A DNA stretch of 64,000 nucleotides from Azolla caroliniana (Eukaryota; Plantae; Polypodiophyta): the NCBI GenBank assembly GCA_043228905.1, contig JBHGNT010000002.1, positions 20,274,001-20,338,000 of the forward strand, written 5' to 3'. Both the position numbers and the translations under genes were made by a program. The notes under the pieces were generated by a model. The model was not told where the DNA came from. It was given only the letters and a program-made list of their open reading frames with translations, and searched no databases. Shown in pieces: positions 50,440 to 62,308 of this stretch. Position 1 is the first letter of the stretch, and the number at the start of each line of letters is the position of its first letter.

Positions 50440-52244
50440 AACGACACATGGGACCTGATTGACCCGCCCAGACATTGCAAACTCATCGAATGCAAGTGGG
50501 TATACAAGGTGAAGTACAATGCTGATGGTTCAGTCAACGAATACAAGGCCCAGTTAGTGACCAAAGGATATGCGTAGACCCATGGAATCGAGTATGACGA
50601 GACCTTCACTCTAGTAGTGAAGATTACGATGGTTCGTGTGGTGTTGGCAGATGATGGGACAAGGGGGTGGCATCTTAACCAAATGAACGTGAAGAATATG
50701 TTTCTTCAAGGCGACCTTGAAGAACAAGTCTACCTGACCCAAACCCTGGATTTCAGTCGGAGATGAACTCGTCAGCAATGTGCCGACTCAAGAAGTCGCT
50801 CTACGGCTTGCAGCAAACCCCCCGAGCTTGGAATTCGAAGATAACACACCGGTTGCGTAAGATGGGGTTTGTGGCATCAAAGTCCGACTCTTCCTTGTTC
50901 ATCCGTATAGGTCTGAAAGGTTTGGTATGCATTTTGTTATATGTCGACGATTTGGTTGTTATTGGGCCCGACCTCACAAAAATTGGCCAAATGAAGTCCC
51001 AACTGTCGAACACATTCGAAATGAAGGACTTGGGGGAACTTCATTACTTCCTCAGGATCTAAGTGATCCATACCCCCGATGGCATATTGCTATCTCAACG
51101 ACACTATGTGCTGAATATGCTATATAAGTTTGGCATGACCGGCTTGCAATGAGAAACGGTTCTGACAAATTGTTGGAAGCTTTATCTATTTAACAATAAC
51201 CCGACTCGACATCAGTTGTTTGGTCAGAGTGATCAATCAATTCAGACAGAGGCCGACCATCGAGCACCTTCAGTGCGTGCATTGACTCTTGAGATATGTG
51301 AGCAGCACTAAGGATCAGGGACTGTTATACCGACACGGTATAACCGAAAAGCTAGTCGGTTATACAGATGCCGATTGGGCCGGTGATGCGTCAAATTGTC
51401 GGTCCACCTCCGGTTTCATGTTTTCTCTCGGGAGCGCGAATGTTGCATGCAGCAGCAAGAAGCAACTAATAGTGGCTCTATCGAGCACTAAGGCTGAGTA
51501 TTGGGGCGTTATCGTCGCTACTTGTGAAGGCATTTGGCTTCGGCGGCTAATGCAAGACCTCCGGATCGAAGTACCGACTTCGATCCCGATCTATTGTGAC
51601 AACATGAGTAGCATGCATTTGGCCAAGAACCCTATATTCCATGCTCAAACAAAGCACATAGAAGTGCATTACCACTTTGTGCACGAGCGGGTCCTGAGTG
51701 GTGAGGTCGAACTCCGGTATGTTCATGCGGATCGACAGGCTCCTAACATCTTCACCAAGCCACTCAGATTGGACAAGTTGCAACATGTTTTGGAGATGCT
51801 TGGGCTACAACATCTCGACATGCCACACTTGAGGGGGAGAACCGGAACAAGATTCAGAGAGACGGGTAAAGGCATCGGAGAAGTAGTCGGGAAGGAGGAG
51901 AAGGCCGACAGTGGGGGAGACAAGAAGAAAAAGGGAGCCGAGTTGACTAAAGAAGTCTGCACATACAAAAAAGTCGGAACAAGAGGTGACAACGGTAGAG
52001 TCCAGAAGGACAAAGTTGACCGGAAGAAGAAGGCCAAGACCGGGACATGGTTTGATGTGATAAGGGCTTGAATATTGAGGACGAATTGGAGATAGCCAAT
52101 TCGGACAAGAGTTAGAACAAAACAGAGGCATCCGATTCGAAGAAGTTGAATCAACAGAAGGCCAAACGATGAGAGGGTAACAGAAGTCAACGCCGACATG
52201 GAGGAACCGACTGGTCGTGAAGCGCCGAAGTCATAGTAACGAAG

Positions 52245-53217
52245 TGGCAGGAACTGCATGCTCCCTATACGCAACGCTCGGCCACAACCGAGCTTAGAAT
52301 CATACACAGAAAATAGGAAATAATGAATGACACGAAAAAGAGACGAGTACGCAGGATGTTTACGTGGAAAACCCAAACTAAGGGAAAAACCACGGCAGCC
52401 CACAGGCTGCAAACTATCACTATGCTAGAATGTACAACAGTGAGTTCACGGAGGCAACGACCTCGTGCTCACGATCCTCGCCACAGGCGGCGGTTACAAC
52501 AGAGGCAACGACCTCTCTCTCTCTCTCTCTCTGTACACGGTTTCACGCTATCTCTCTCCTTGCACCAACAAGAATGAACACAACAACAGTAATCTAAAAG
52601 TTTGCCCTAAGTCATATTTATACTAATATGACTTTTCGGCTATTTACAAATATAGCCTCGATGGACTCTCAGAAACATATTTACAAATATGTCTCTTCAT
52701 CCGGTGAGCACTTCTCACTGGGTTTGCACCATCTGGCTCTCCGTAGCCGGGTACTCCTCATCCGGTCTTCACCGGGTCTGCACCATCCGGCTCTCCGTGG
52801 CCGGGTACTCCTCATCCGGTCTTCACCGGGTCTGCACCATCCGGCTCTCCGTGGCCGGGTACTCCTCATCCGGTCTTCACCGGGTTTGCACCATCCGGCT
52901 CTCCGTAGCCGGGTACTCCTCATTTGGTCTTCACCGGGTCTGCACCATCCGGCTCTCCGTAGCCGGGTACTCCTCATCTGGTCTTCACCGGGTCTACACC
53001 ATCCGACTCTCCGTAGCCGGGTACTCCTCATCTGGTCTTCACCGGGTCTGCACCATCCGGCTCTCTGTAGCCGGGTACTCCTCATCCGGTCTTCACCGGG
53101 TCTGCACCATCCGGCTCTCCGTAGCCGGGTACTCGTCATACGGTTTCGGCCTCGGCCAAGTTTGTTCATCAACACTGTTCTTCTCCTTTCCCATCCGGAG
53201 GGACCTGTCTCCCAACA
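52245..53217 (-). mobile_element. Copia (C2-family) solo LTR (973 bp)
   Basis: Perfect TSD CGAAG; collinear with the C2 LTR. Confidence 0.92.
52715..53145. repeat. Eight 54-bp CCGG-rich tandem units in copia U3
   Basis: 18-aa periodicity in the overlapping ORFs (GLHHPALRSRVLLIRSSP x8). The same unit occurs x4 at 27100-27330 and x6 at 35845-36175. Confidence 0.92.
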
Positions 53218-53324
53218 CGAAGGAGCTGAGATGGGCTTGATGAGCAGACGAGCCAACCAAGAAGGTCGAGGAGCGCTAACCCGTTGGGTCGAGGAGTGCG
53301 AGCAAGGTGGGAAGACGCCAGGAG

Positions 53325-54310
53325 TGTCATATCGGGTGCGATTTGCGGAAACGTATATGGATCTGTTGTCGGTCCTGAACAACAAACAACGGAGGCAGAA
53401 AATAGAATAGGCGTGGACTTACAAAATGCAAGCTCTAATGGAAAGCTTTATTGCTTCGTTCTCACTCTCTCTTTGAGATACAATGCACATACCCTTCGTT
53501 TCTCTGTGACTCGTGTTTGTATACAATGTTAAGTATTTGCTTATATACTAAGCCCTAACTTATTGACGAGTTGACACTCGGACGGATACAACTTGGAAGG
53601 AGCGTCCTTTTATGCCAACAAAATCCCCTGTAAAAGGACTACTCTTTCTTGCATGTACAAGTGTTTGGGACTATATCCCCCGTAAGCCTAGATTACAAAA
53701 TTGATCTAAGTTTATATGTTACAAGTTTGTCAGCATGCAACTGAGTGGGCAGATGTATAGGACGTGTGGTTATTGTTCCGATCAGATCTTACCTTCTGCT
53801 CCTCGTTCGACTTTCTTTTGCTCGGTCGCTTGTCATAGCCACATTTTCATCCTTAGTGCTCCGAAGCGTAGATATGGGAGTGGCTTCGTCAGGCAATCGG
53901 CGATGTTCACCTCGGTGTCGATCTTCTGGACTTCGAGTTTCTTTTCGTTTACAAGCTCCCTGATATGATGATACCGCACCTCAATGTGCTTCATCTTTGC
54001 TTGATAGATGGGATTGTTGATGAGGTGTATTGCGCTCTATGAGTTGCAATAGATGGTCGGCGCTGGTAGGTCGTTTCGGCTTGCAATTCCGAAGTCGGCA
54101 GTCTGTCGGTGCAGCCAGATCACTTCCTTCGATGCTTCTGATACTGCTATGTACTCAACTTCTGTGGTAGACAAAGCCGTGCACTCTTGAAGTTTCGGCC
54201 TCCATGATATCACCCCGCCGCCATAGGTGAAGATGTAGCCTGATGCCGATTTCTGATTATCTGCATTTCCGGCATAGTCGGAATCAGTGTAGCCTTCGAC
54301 TTCGACTTCG
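53325..54310 (-). mobile_element. Copia C5 (C3-related) 3' fragment: RNase H, PPT, 3' LTR 53325-53620
   Basis: EGYTDSDYAG...TALSTTEVEY; the LTR begins TGTTGGCATAAAAGG as in C3. Confidence 0.85.
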
Positions 54311-55290
54311 GCAAACCGGAACTGGAACCAGCCGGAGCAAGCAAAATCGAAAACCGGCCGGTAATCAAAACCGGAATCTGGAAACCGGCCGGTAAGCAAA
54401 ACCGGAACCACAGCCGACAAGCAAACTGGAACCGGAACCGGTCGGCAAGCAAAATGGAACTGGCCGGCGAGGGATTCGGCGATTGGGCGGAACCGGCTAC
54501 CGAACGAGGTTGGACGCAGACGGACGGAAGATTGGATCATGCAACAAACTAAAGTAAAGTGAAGAGAACTAAAGTAAAGGCCATGTGGACGCAAGCAACT
54601 AAAGTTGGAGTGCATGCAATAAGTAAAGGTCATGTGGACGGTCACATGCAACTAAACGAAAAAGTCATGCAACTAAAAGAAAAAGCTAAGCAACTAAAAG
54701 TAGAGGCCATGCAACGAAAAGTGGACATGCAGATGATCAAGGGAGAACTCCATATAAAATTCCATTTTTTTTTCCTACACTCGGGCTCTGTCCATATATT
54801 ATATTGTTTTTCTTTTCCTTCTAGGCTCCCCTATCTTATCGAAGCCATATCTCTCAAGAAAACCCTAATTTTCTTATCGAAGCCATATCTCTCAAGTAAA
54901 CCCTAATTTCCTTACGGAAGCCATATCTCTCAAGTAAACCCTAATTTCCTTACAGAAGCCATATCTTACTCATAACCCTAAATTTCCATACGGAAGTTAT
55001 TCAACTCATAAAACCATAATCTCTTATCAAAACCAAAAACCCTAATTTTCTAGAGAATTCATATCTTAATTTCCTCTAATCTATTACTCTAGCCATCTCC
55101 ATTAGCAAACTTTTTGTAATCCCAATCTTGGGATTAATTGTAATCTTTCTTTCTACTTGTTAATGAAATTTGTTAAGCTTTCTCATTTCGGTTAATTCTT
55201 AGTACATAATACACGAATTTGATATCCTCTAGTCAAAGGCCCCGAGGTCTTGCCTCAACGTTCACGTATCCTCGTCGTATTTTCGCGACA
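54311..55290 (+). repeat. Gypsy G6-family LTR, 5'-truncated (copy 1)
   Basis: ~20-bp AACCGG repeats, GCAACTAAA repeats, TATA, AAACCCTAA repeats, U5 motif, ends CGCGACA; collinear with 57236-58343. Confidence 0.75.
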
Positions 55291-55350
55291 GCAGGACCAT
55301 GGGGGTCTTGGACTAGGGAGTTCAAAGGGGAGAGGAGTATAAAGGTTCAC
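55291..55350 (-). repeat. U5 fragment of another Trp-group gypsy LTR, interrupted by G6
   Basis: Reverse complement CTAGTCCAAGACCCCCATGGTCCTGC is the shared U5 motif. Confidence 0.65.
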
Positions 55351-56624
55351 CTTGGATGGAGAACCCTTGAACTGTCAAAGGCTCGTTGAGCTTTTTTCAT
55401 TGAGCTTTAGGTCGTCAAGCTTTCGCTCGCCGACCTTTGCATTGTCGACCTTTGCCTTCTCCGCTTTGTTGCCACATTCACATTTAATGAATTTAACACG
55501 TTTGCGTTCAGAAGTGGAAGGATCGGGCATTCCATAATTAGATTCCTTTCATAAATGTGCAATTTTAGGCAATATATAGAAACTTGATACACCAATATCA
55601 CATGTTCTTCAACCCATATAGAACCCGATAAATTATTAAAATTTAACAATTACAATACTCGAAATAGGTATATTTTTGCTAATTTCTAAAGTTGATTATC
55701 TCTAAGACAAACTTTAATTAAATTCTAGAATATGTAAATGGTTGTCTCACTTGACGTATTGATATAGTTTCAAACCTCTAATACTAAATTTAGAAAGTTT
55801 TTTGAAAACTTAGTGTGATCTCAAGCAATGGATCTCCAGGTTTAACCATCAGGACGAGGTGTAGGTTATAGAAGTGGAAGTGACATCCATAGTTTGTGAT
55901 TTATGTTTTTTTCTTTTTTTCAAAATGAAGCTACTTTCCCATTAGTTAGGACGGAATTGTGATTTATGTTTTACACAGTAAGGATGTAATACGTATAACA
56001 AATGAAAAGTCAATGCATCTCAAACTTATGGATGATAAAGACAAAAATTTCATCTAAAATATCATGACACTCTTGGACACTCATGACAATTTCGTAATTA
56101 AAATCATTCAAACAATAAAGCTAAGATAAAAACCTTAAATGTAACATCCCAAAAGTAATGTTATATAAAAAAAGGATAAAGTGTAGCAACAAGTGAAAAC
56201 AATCAAGGTTAAAACATAATCTAACATTCCAAATGTAAGGTGTCTCTTAAATGTAAACATTAATTATATACAACAAAAAGCTTAATATTCGGTTCAAACA
56301 ATTGTTTATTCAATATTCATAAACTTTTGTGAGCTCCAAAGAAAAGAGAGAAACTTAATAACTAGATCAATTGAACATTTGATTAAAATGGTAAATATGT
56401 AAGAACATGAAACTTAAATTACATTGTTCACTTATTAACATCCCAACGTAATGTGGTCCCTTTTCTAAAGGATAATACGTTTGGTATTAATACCACATTT
56501 GCGAAGGAATAAATAATTACAACCTTACAATAATCCAATTGCTTGGATAACAAAACTTTAATTATAATGTTTGGGATAAAAAACAAAATTGTCATATAAA
56601 TTACAATTCATTACATGCCTATAA

Positions 56625-57235
56625 GATTATCTTCATCATTCTCTTTATCTTCCTTTTGAGAGTTGTCATCAAATTTTTGTGCATCGACATCCACTCCAGA
56701 TAGGCTAGCTACTGTGGGGTCCTCGAGAAGCTCATTATCCAGTTCTATAAGCTCCCTAGGTTCACCAGGGAAGGGAGGAATAGGCTCACGAGGGGCAGTT
56801 TGAATCCTCTCTGTATTTGCGATATGCTTTGCCCCTACCTCCTCGTCTTGATTTGGGCACTCCCATCAGGATTGTCCACTTGGTCCATACTATAAAAGAC
56901 CACTATTCTCCACAAACTCGTTGTCATGTGAATCTTCACACACTATGTAAAAAATAATGAAAAATTTATTTTAGATTAGATTAGTAGCTTGTTATAGAAA
57001 TATGGATGTCCTCAAGAGCTTCAAAACATATTTTACTACATACAAAATAGAGAACTACATATCAAGTTAGGTGGAGATGAAGCTTGAGAAGATAGAGAAA
57101 ATACAATTTTGAGGTATCCCACATAGATAGGAAATTTAAGGCCCTGGCTATATAAGCACATTGAGATCCCTCATTTTCATTTGTGCTAAAAACACTTTGG
57201 CCACCTTGTCTTGATGGATGATGGTGGCCAAGTTC
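56625..57235 (-). pseudogene. Decayed gene fragment homologous to the ORF remnant in the TIR element
   Basis: WECPNQDEEVGAKHIANT...RELIELDN with an acidic tail; putative intron acceptor TTTTTTACATAG at ~56943. Confidence 0.45.
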
Positions 57236-58343
57236 CCAAAAACCGGAAACTGGCCAGTAAGCAAAACCGGAACCGGTTGGTAAGCGATCCAGAACCGATT
57301 GGTAAGCGATCCAGAACCGGCCGGTAAGCAAACCGGAATCGAGCGGAAAGCAATCCGGAACCGACCGGTAGCAATCCGGAACTGGCCATTAAGCAATCCG
57401 GAACCGGGCGGAAAGCAAACTAGAACTGGTCAATAAGCAAACTGGAACCGGTTGGGAAGCAAATCGAAATCGGCTGGTAAGCAATCCAGAATTGGTCGGT
57501 AAGCAAATCAGAACCGGTCAGTAAGCAAATCGGAACCGACGAAATCGGCAATTGGATAGTGTTGGAGACCGGGCGGATCCGACAACCGGCGACGATCGAG
57601 ACGAACAGATGATAGGATCATGTGGCTAATTAAAGTGAAGTGGAGAAAACTAAAGTAAAGGTCGTGTGAACGGTCGCATGCAACTAAAAGAAAAAGGCGT
57701 GCAACTAAAAATAGATGTAAATAAAAGGAAATGCCAGGCAACTAAAAGAAAAAGCTATGCAACTAAAATTAGAGGCCATGCAACAAAAAGTGGAGATGCA
57801 TATGATCAACGGGAGAACTCAATATAATTTTCCATTTTTTTTTTTACTCATACTCTCTCTCCATAATTTTTCTTTTCTTTTCCTTCTCAGCTCTCTTATC
57901 TTATCGAAGCCACAACACTCATAAACCATAATTTTCCATACGGAAGCAAGATCACGCATAAACCCTAATTTTCCATACAGAAGCCAAAAACCCTAATTTT
58001 CCCTACAGAAGCCATAACACTCAAAAACCCTAATTTTCCCTATGGAAGCGATATCTCTCAAAATCTAAAATCTCTTATCAAAGCCAAAAACCCTAAATTT
58101 CTATTGAATCCATATTTAGTTTCTTCTAATCTATTATTCTAGTAATCTCCTTAAGATAAAACTTTTGTAATCCCAATCTTGGGATTGATTGTAATTTTTC
58201 TTTTCTATTTATTAATGAAATTTGTCAATGTTGCTCATTTTCCATTAATTGTTTAATATAAACATACGAATTTGATATCTTCCAGTCGGAGGCCCCGGGG
58301 TCTTGCCTCAAAGTTCACGTATCCTCGTCGTATTTTCGCGACA
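57236..58343 (+). repeat. Gypsy G6-family LTR, 5'-truncated (copy 2)
   Basis: Direct repeat of 54311-55290 with a longer AACCGG tract; ends TTTTCGCGACA. Confidence 0.75.
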
Positions 58344-58487
58344 TCGTTGTGGTCAACTCCGTGAAATCCTTCACCATTTGTTTCGTTGTGGTCATACGAA
58401 GATCCAACCATACCAAAACCATATGGAATACAATGAGTAACGTGTACTCCGTCGGCAGCTTCTGGATCATGTCTGCCACATCACCGC

Positions 58488-58762
58488 TGTTGTGCCTTTC
58501 GGTGCCAGATCATTGCATGAGTGGGTGGAAACTGCTGAGGTTATGGACTAGGACGAGGAGAATTTTAAGGCTAATAAGAATACGAATAGGTTGTAAGAAA
58601 GAGATGTAGAAAACCTCACGAATTTCACGAGTGTATTATATTAGATTAATCAACCCTTAGAACCCTAATAGTAGATTGGAATAGATAGATTGAAAAATCG
58701 TGAATCACATGAGTATAGTATATTAGATAAATATTTAGAAAACCTAATAAAACCCAAGAATC
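58488..58762 (-). repeat. G1-family LTR 3' part, interrupted by copia C6
   Basis: Reverse complement CTAGTCCATAACCTCAG...CATGCAATGATCTGGCACCGAAAGGCACAACA matches 1176-1240. Confidence 0.8.
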
Positions 58763-59804
58763 TGAAGAGAATAGACGCGGAATATTGCTCGGCCACAACC
58801 GAGCCTTGAATCACAGGAATGGGAATGACCCACAAAAATGGGAAGTGGAGAGTACACAAAGGAAATACACAAGATGCTTACGTGGAAAACCCGAAATAAG
58901 GAAAAAAACCATGGGAGCCCATAGACTCCAACTATTACTATAGGAGAAAGGTACAATCAGAGCCTCAAAGGAAACGACCTCGAGCTTTGTATCTTCGCCA
59001 ACCGACAGTTACAACCGAGTATCTCTCTGTATCTCACACTCTCCCCCTCTCTCTCTCTGTACAACAGTTACATCGATATAAACAACAACACTCTCACACA
59101 CTTTCTATAGCGATTTCCCTAAGTCATATTTATACTTATATGAACTTAGGGCTATTTACAAATATAGACTCAATAGGCTTACTCAAAACATATCTACAAA
59201 TATGTCTTCTCTTCCGATTCTCACCAGGTCCTCTTCATTCATCACCGGATCCCATCCGGAGGGACCGAATTCCCAACAATCTCCCTCTTCACTCCGGCAT
59301 GGGATGTCTCGTCAGCCCGATCTGCTTTCGGCACGCGTCCAGCTTGTTGGTTGTCAACACCTTGGGCAGTATATCCAACCCGTTCTCCTCCGTGTGGATC
59401 TTCGTCAGCACGAACTCTTGATCTTCTACTCTCTCTCAGATCCAGTGGTACCTTTGTTGGATATGTTTTGTCTGGGAATGGTAGGCCACGTTCTTTGCAA
59501 GGTGGATGACAGTTTGACTGTCGCAGTAGAGCCGATATTCCTCCTGTTGGATTCCTAGCTCTCTGATGAAGTCCTTCATCTAGATTATCTCCTTGCCGGC
59601 TTCTACAGCTGCCATGTACTCCGCCTTCGTGGTTGACAATGCAACCGTCTTCTGCAGCCTTGACTGGCACAAAACAACCCCCCCTACATAAGTCATGACA
59701 TATTTGGATGTAGACCGGCTGGTATCCGCATCACCAAACATATTCAAATCCGTAAATCCTTCAAGTTGGGGATTACCGGAGCCGAACCGGAGGCACATAC
59801 TCGA
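58763..59804 (-). mobile_element. Copia C6 3' fragment (RNase H, PPT, LTR 58763-59278)
   Basis: MCLRFGSGNPQLEGFTD...; PPT GGAGTGAAGAGGGAGAT; LTR matches 49865-50439. Confidence 0.87.
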
Positions 59805-59875
59805 GTGGTAAGTTAATTGTCTCTTATCTTGGAGGTGCGAGGTTCAAATCCTACTTGCACCCCTCTATATGCACT
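59798..59875 (+). promoter_or_regulatory. tRNA-like A/B-box sequence, homologous to 693-762
   Basis: CTCGAGTGGTAAG...TGGAGGTGCGAGGTTCAAATCCTAC vs ATAATGGTAAG...TGGAGGTACAAGGTTCGAATCCTGC. Confidence 0.55.
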
Positions 59876-59904
59876 CAATGCCATTAGGAGAAGAAAGGAA
59901 AGGA

Positions 59905-61345
59905 CATTTCCTGATATTGCTCCTGTACGTGGATGACATGTTAATTGTCGGACGAGACCTAGTCAAGATACGGATGCTGAAGAAGGCCCTTAACCGGACC
60001 TTCTCAATGAAAGAATTGGGTCTGGCAAGACAGATACTGGGGATGCACATCATCCGGGACTGGTCGAAGAAGCAATTGTGGCTATCACAGAAAAAGTATG
60101 TGACAAAGGTGCTTCAACAGTTTAACATGTTAGAAGCAAAACTGGTCGGATCGACACTCCCGACAAACCGCAGATTACCCGGTAAGCAAAGCTCGAAGAC
60201 AAAGGTAGAGAAGGTGGATATGATGAAGATTCCATATGCCTCTACGGTCGGGATCTTGATGTACGCAATGGTGTGTACTCGATTGGATATTGGATACGCA
60301 GTCGGAGTGGTGAGTTGGTTCATGACCAACCCAGGAAAAGAGCACTGGAATGCGGTAAAATGGAAATTCCGGTACTTGAAGGGAACTTCGAGTATGTGTC
60401 TCCGATTCGGCTCGGGTAAACCCCTTATGGAAGGCTTTACCGATTCGGATATGTCGACTGATGTGGACACCAGTCGGTCAACTTCTGAATATGTTATGAC
60501 CTATGCAGGGGAGCCGTTTCGTGGCAGTCGAGGTTGCAGAAGACAGTTGCGTTGTCAACCACAAAGGCGGAGTACATGGCAACCATGGAAGCTCGCAAGG
60601 AAATATTATGGATGAAGGACTTCATCGGAGAGCTAGGGATCCAGAAAGAGGAATATCGGCTCTACTGAGACAGTCAAAGTGCCATCCACCTTCCAAAGAA
60701 CGCGGCATACCATTCCAGAACGACGCACAGTCAACGCAGGTACCACTGGATCTGGGAGCGAGTTAAAGATCGAGAGTTCGTGCTGACGAAGATCCACATG
60801 GAGGAGAATGGGTTGGATATGCTGACCAAGGTACTCTGGACGCATGCCGAAAGTGGATTAGACTGACAAGACATCCCATACCAGAGTGAAGGGGGAGATT
60901 GTTGGGAAATTGGTCTCTCCAGATGGGATCCGGTGATGAATAATGAGGACCCGTAAGAGAGATCTAGAAGTAGGAGGAGACCTGGTGAGAACCGGAAGAG
61001 AGCCGGTGAGAATCGAAAGAGAAGATAGATTTGTAAATATGTCTTCAATAACCCATTGAGGCTATATTTGTAAATAGCCCTAAGTTCATATAACTATAAA
61101 TATGACTTAGGGCAATTACTTTATGTGTGATATGTGTGTTTGTGTTGTCATATTGTTGTAATTGTTGTACAGAGAGAGAGAGGGAGAGAGAGAGATACAG
61201 AGCGATACAGAGCGATACTATGTTGTAACCGCCACTGTGCGAAGAAACAGAGGTCAAGGTCGTTGCCTCTGAGTCTCTGATTGTACCCCTTCTCTTCATA
61301 GTGATAGTTTGGAGTCTATGGGCTCCCGTGGTTTTTCCCTATTAG
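59905..61345 (+). mobile_element. Copia C7 fragment (RT end, RNase H, PPT, truncated LTR from 60900)
   Basis: LLLYVDDMLIVG...; PPT AGAGTGAAGGGGGAGAT, then TGTTGGGAAATTGG. Confidence 0.85.
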
Positions 61346-62308
61346 CCAACGTGATTGAGGAGGTAGCCACGAGAAATGACATCGAGTCGGAGATGGCTAT
61401 GGACAAGTCGATGGCGGATGGTTGTGTCGTGAATTTCCCAACACTTGATCTAGAGACTTGGCCAATTGCGTTCGAGAGCCAACATGAGACCCAAGAGACA
61501 GAGAGTGGTAGGGAAGCAAAGATTGAAGCACATGTGATTAACAACGTTGAGGTGAAGATGTCCATATGAACGAGTCGATGGCGTATGGCCATGTAGAGAC
61601 TTTCCTAACACTTCATCTAGAAACTTCGGTAGTTGTGACCGTGTGCCAACGTAAGACCAGAGAAACAGAAGGTGGCGGCAAGAAATCAAAGGACCCAAAA
61701 GGTGATGATGAGGAGGAGGAGGATGACCACAGACAAAGGGATCCCTCCACACTAGTTCCGGAGACTTTGGCAGTTGTGCTCAAGAGCCAACATAATACTG
61801 GAGAGATGGAAGGTGGTGGCGAGGAGTTGAGGGTCGAAGCCAACGCATACGGAGGAACGGTGGTCAAACAAGGAGGCCAAGAACAAAGCTACAATAGAGT
61901 TCGATGAAGAACCAAAGAGCGGCAAGAAAGGAAGAACCGGAAGTCAATCCGGATAGAAGATAACGTGGTTGGTATTCCGACCCGAACGGAACCTGACCCA
62001 AACGAGAGTTGATCAACCGGGCCTGGCCCAACTAAAACCCAATCTGGTCAAACCTGATCGGTCAGACTCGATCCAGAAGGGAGTAGACTAGCTTGAAGGC
62101 GATCATCTGAGTCTGATTCAGATGAATGCAAATTCGGATGAAGGCCAACCATACGAGAAACTGATTGGTCGAGACTGATCCAGATAGAAGTTGAGTCGGC
62201 CTAGCCGGAGGTGGAAGCAGATGAGCCACGAGACCCGGTCAAGGCTAGTGAGCCTGACGAAAGTGTTACCCGGCCGGCAAAGAAGGCTTAAGGATGTGCA
62301 CACCAGAG
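61346..62308 (+). mobile_element. Internal fragment of a G5-related non-autonomous gypsy
   Basis: DPST..PETLAV...QH.TGEM is shared with G5 18972-19040; TCAACCGGGCCTG and TGGTCAAACC are also shared. Confidence 0.6.

Larger units (their letters stand above)
44539..53324 (+). mobile_element. Old copia element C4, RT-RNase H remnant (host of G4, C3 and two solo LTRs)
   Basis: Frame KNPVIRYGYNEYMAHHY|AYMKKV..SYAEA..LDAN|DTWDL..CKWVYKVKYNADGS, LYVDDL, GYTDADWAG rejoins across the insertions. Confidence 0.8.

Noticed and set aside
52628-53410. Repetitive-protein ORFs in several frames (also 27001-27570, 35671-36245, 9401-9823, 14187-14506)
   Set aside because: These are by-products of a stop-poor 54-bp (3n) tandem unit inside LTR U3; they are open on both strands.
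55355-55535. Host gene exon on the minus strand (GMPDPSTSERKRVKFIKCECG...)
   Set aside because: Short, contains a stop, and has no recognisable family or supported gene structure.
55730-55780. Third tRNA-like A/B-box copy
   Set aside because: Too degenerate (AATGG...GTTTCAAACC) in AT-rich sequence to support.
54311-58343. One intact element bounded by the two G6 LTRs
   Set aside because: There is no PBS after 55290 (it abuts another LTR's U5 at a target site), no PPT or TG start before 57236, and both copies are 5'-truncated.
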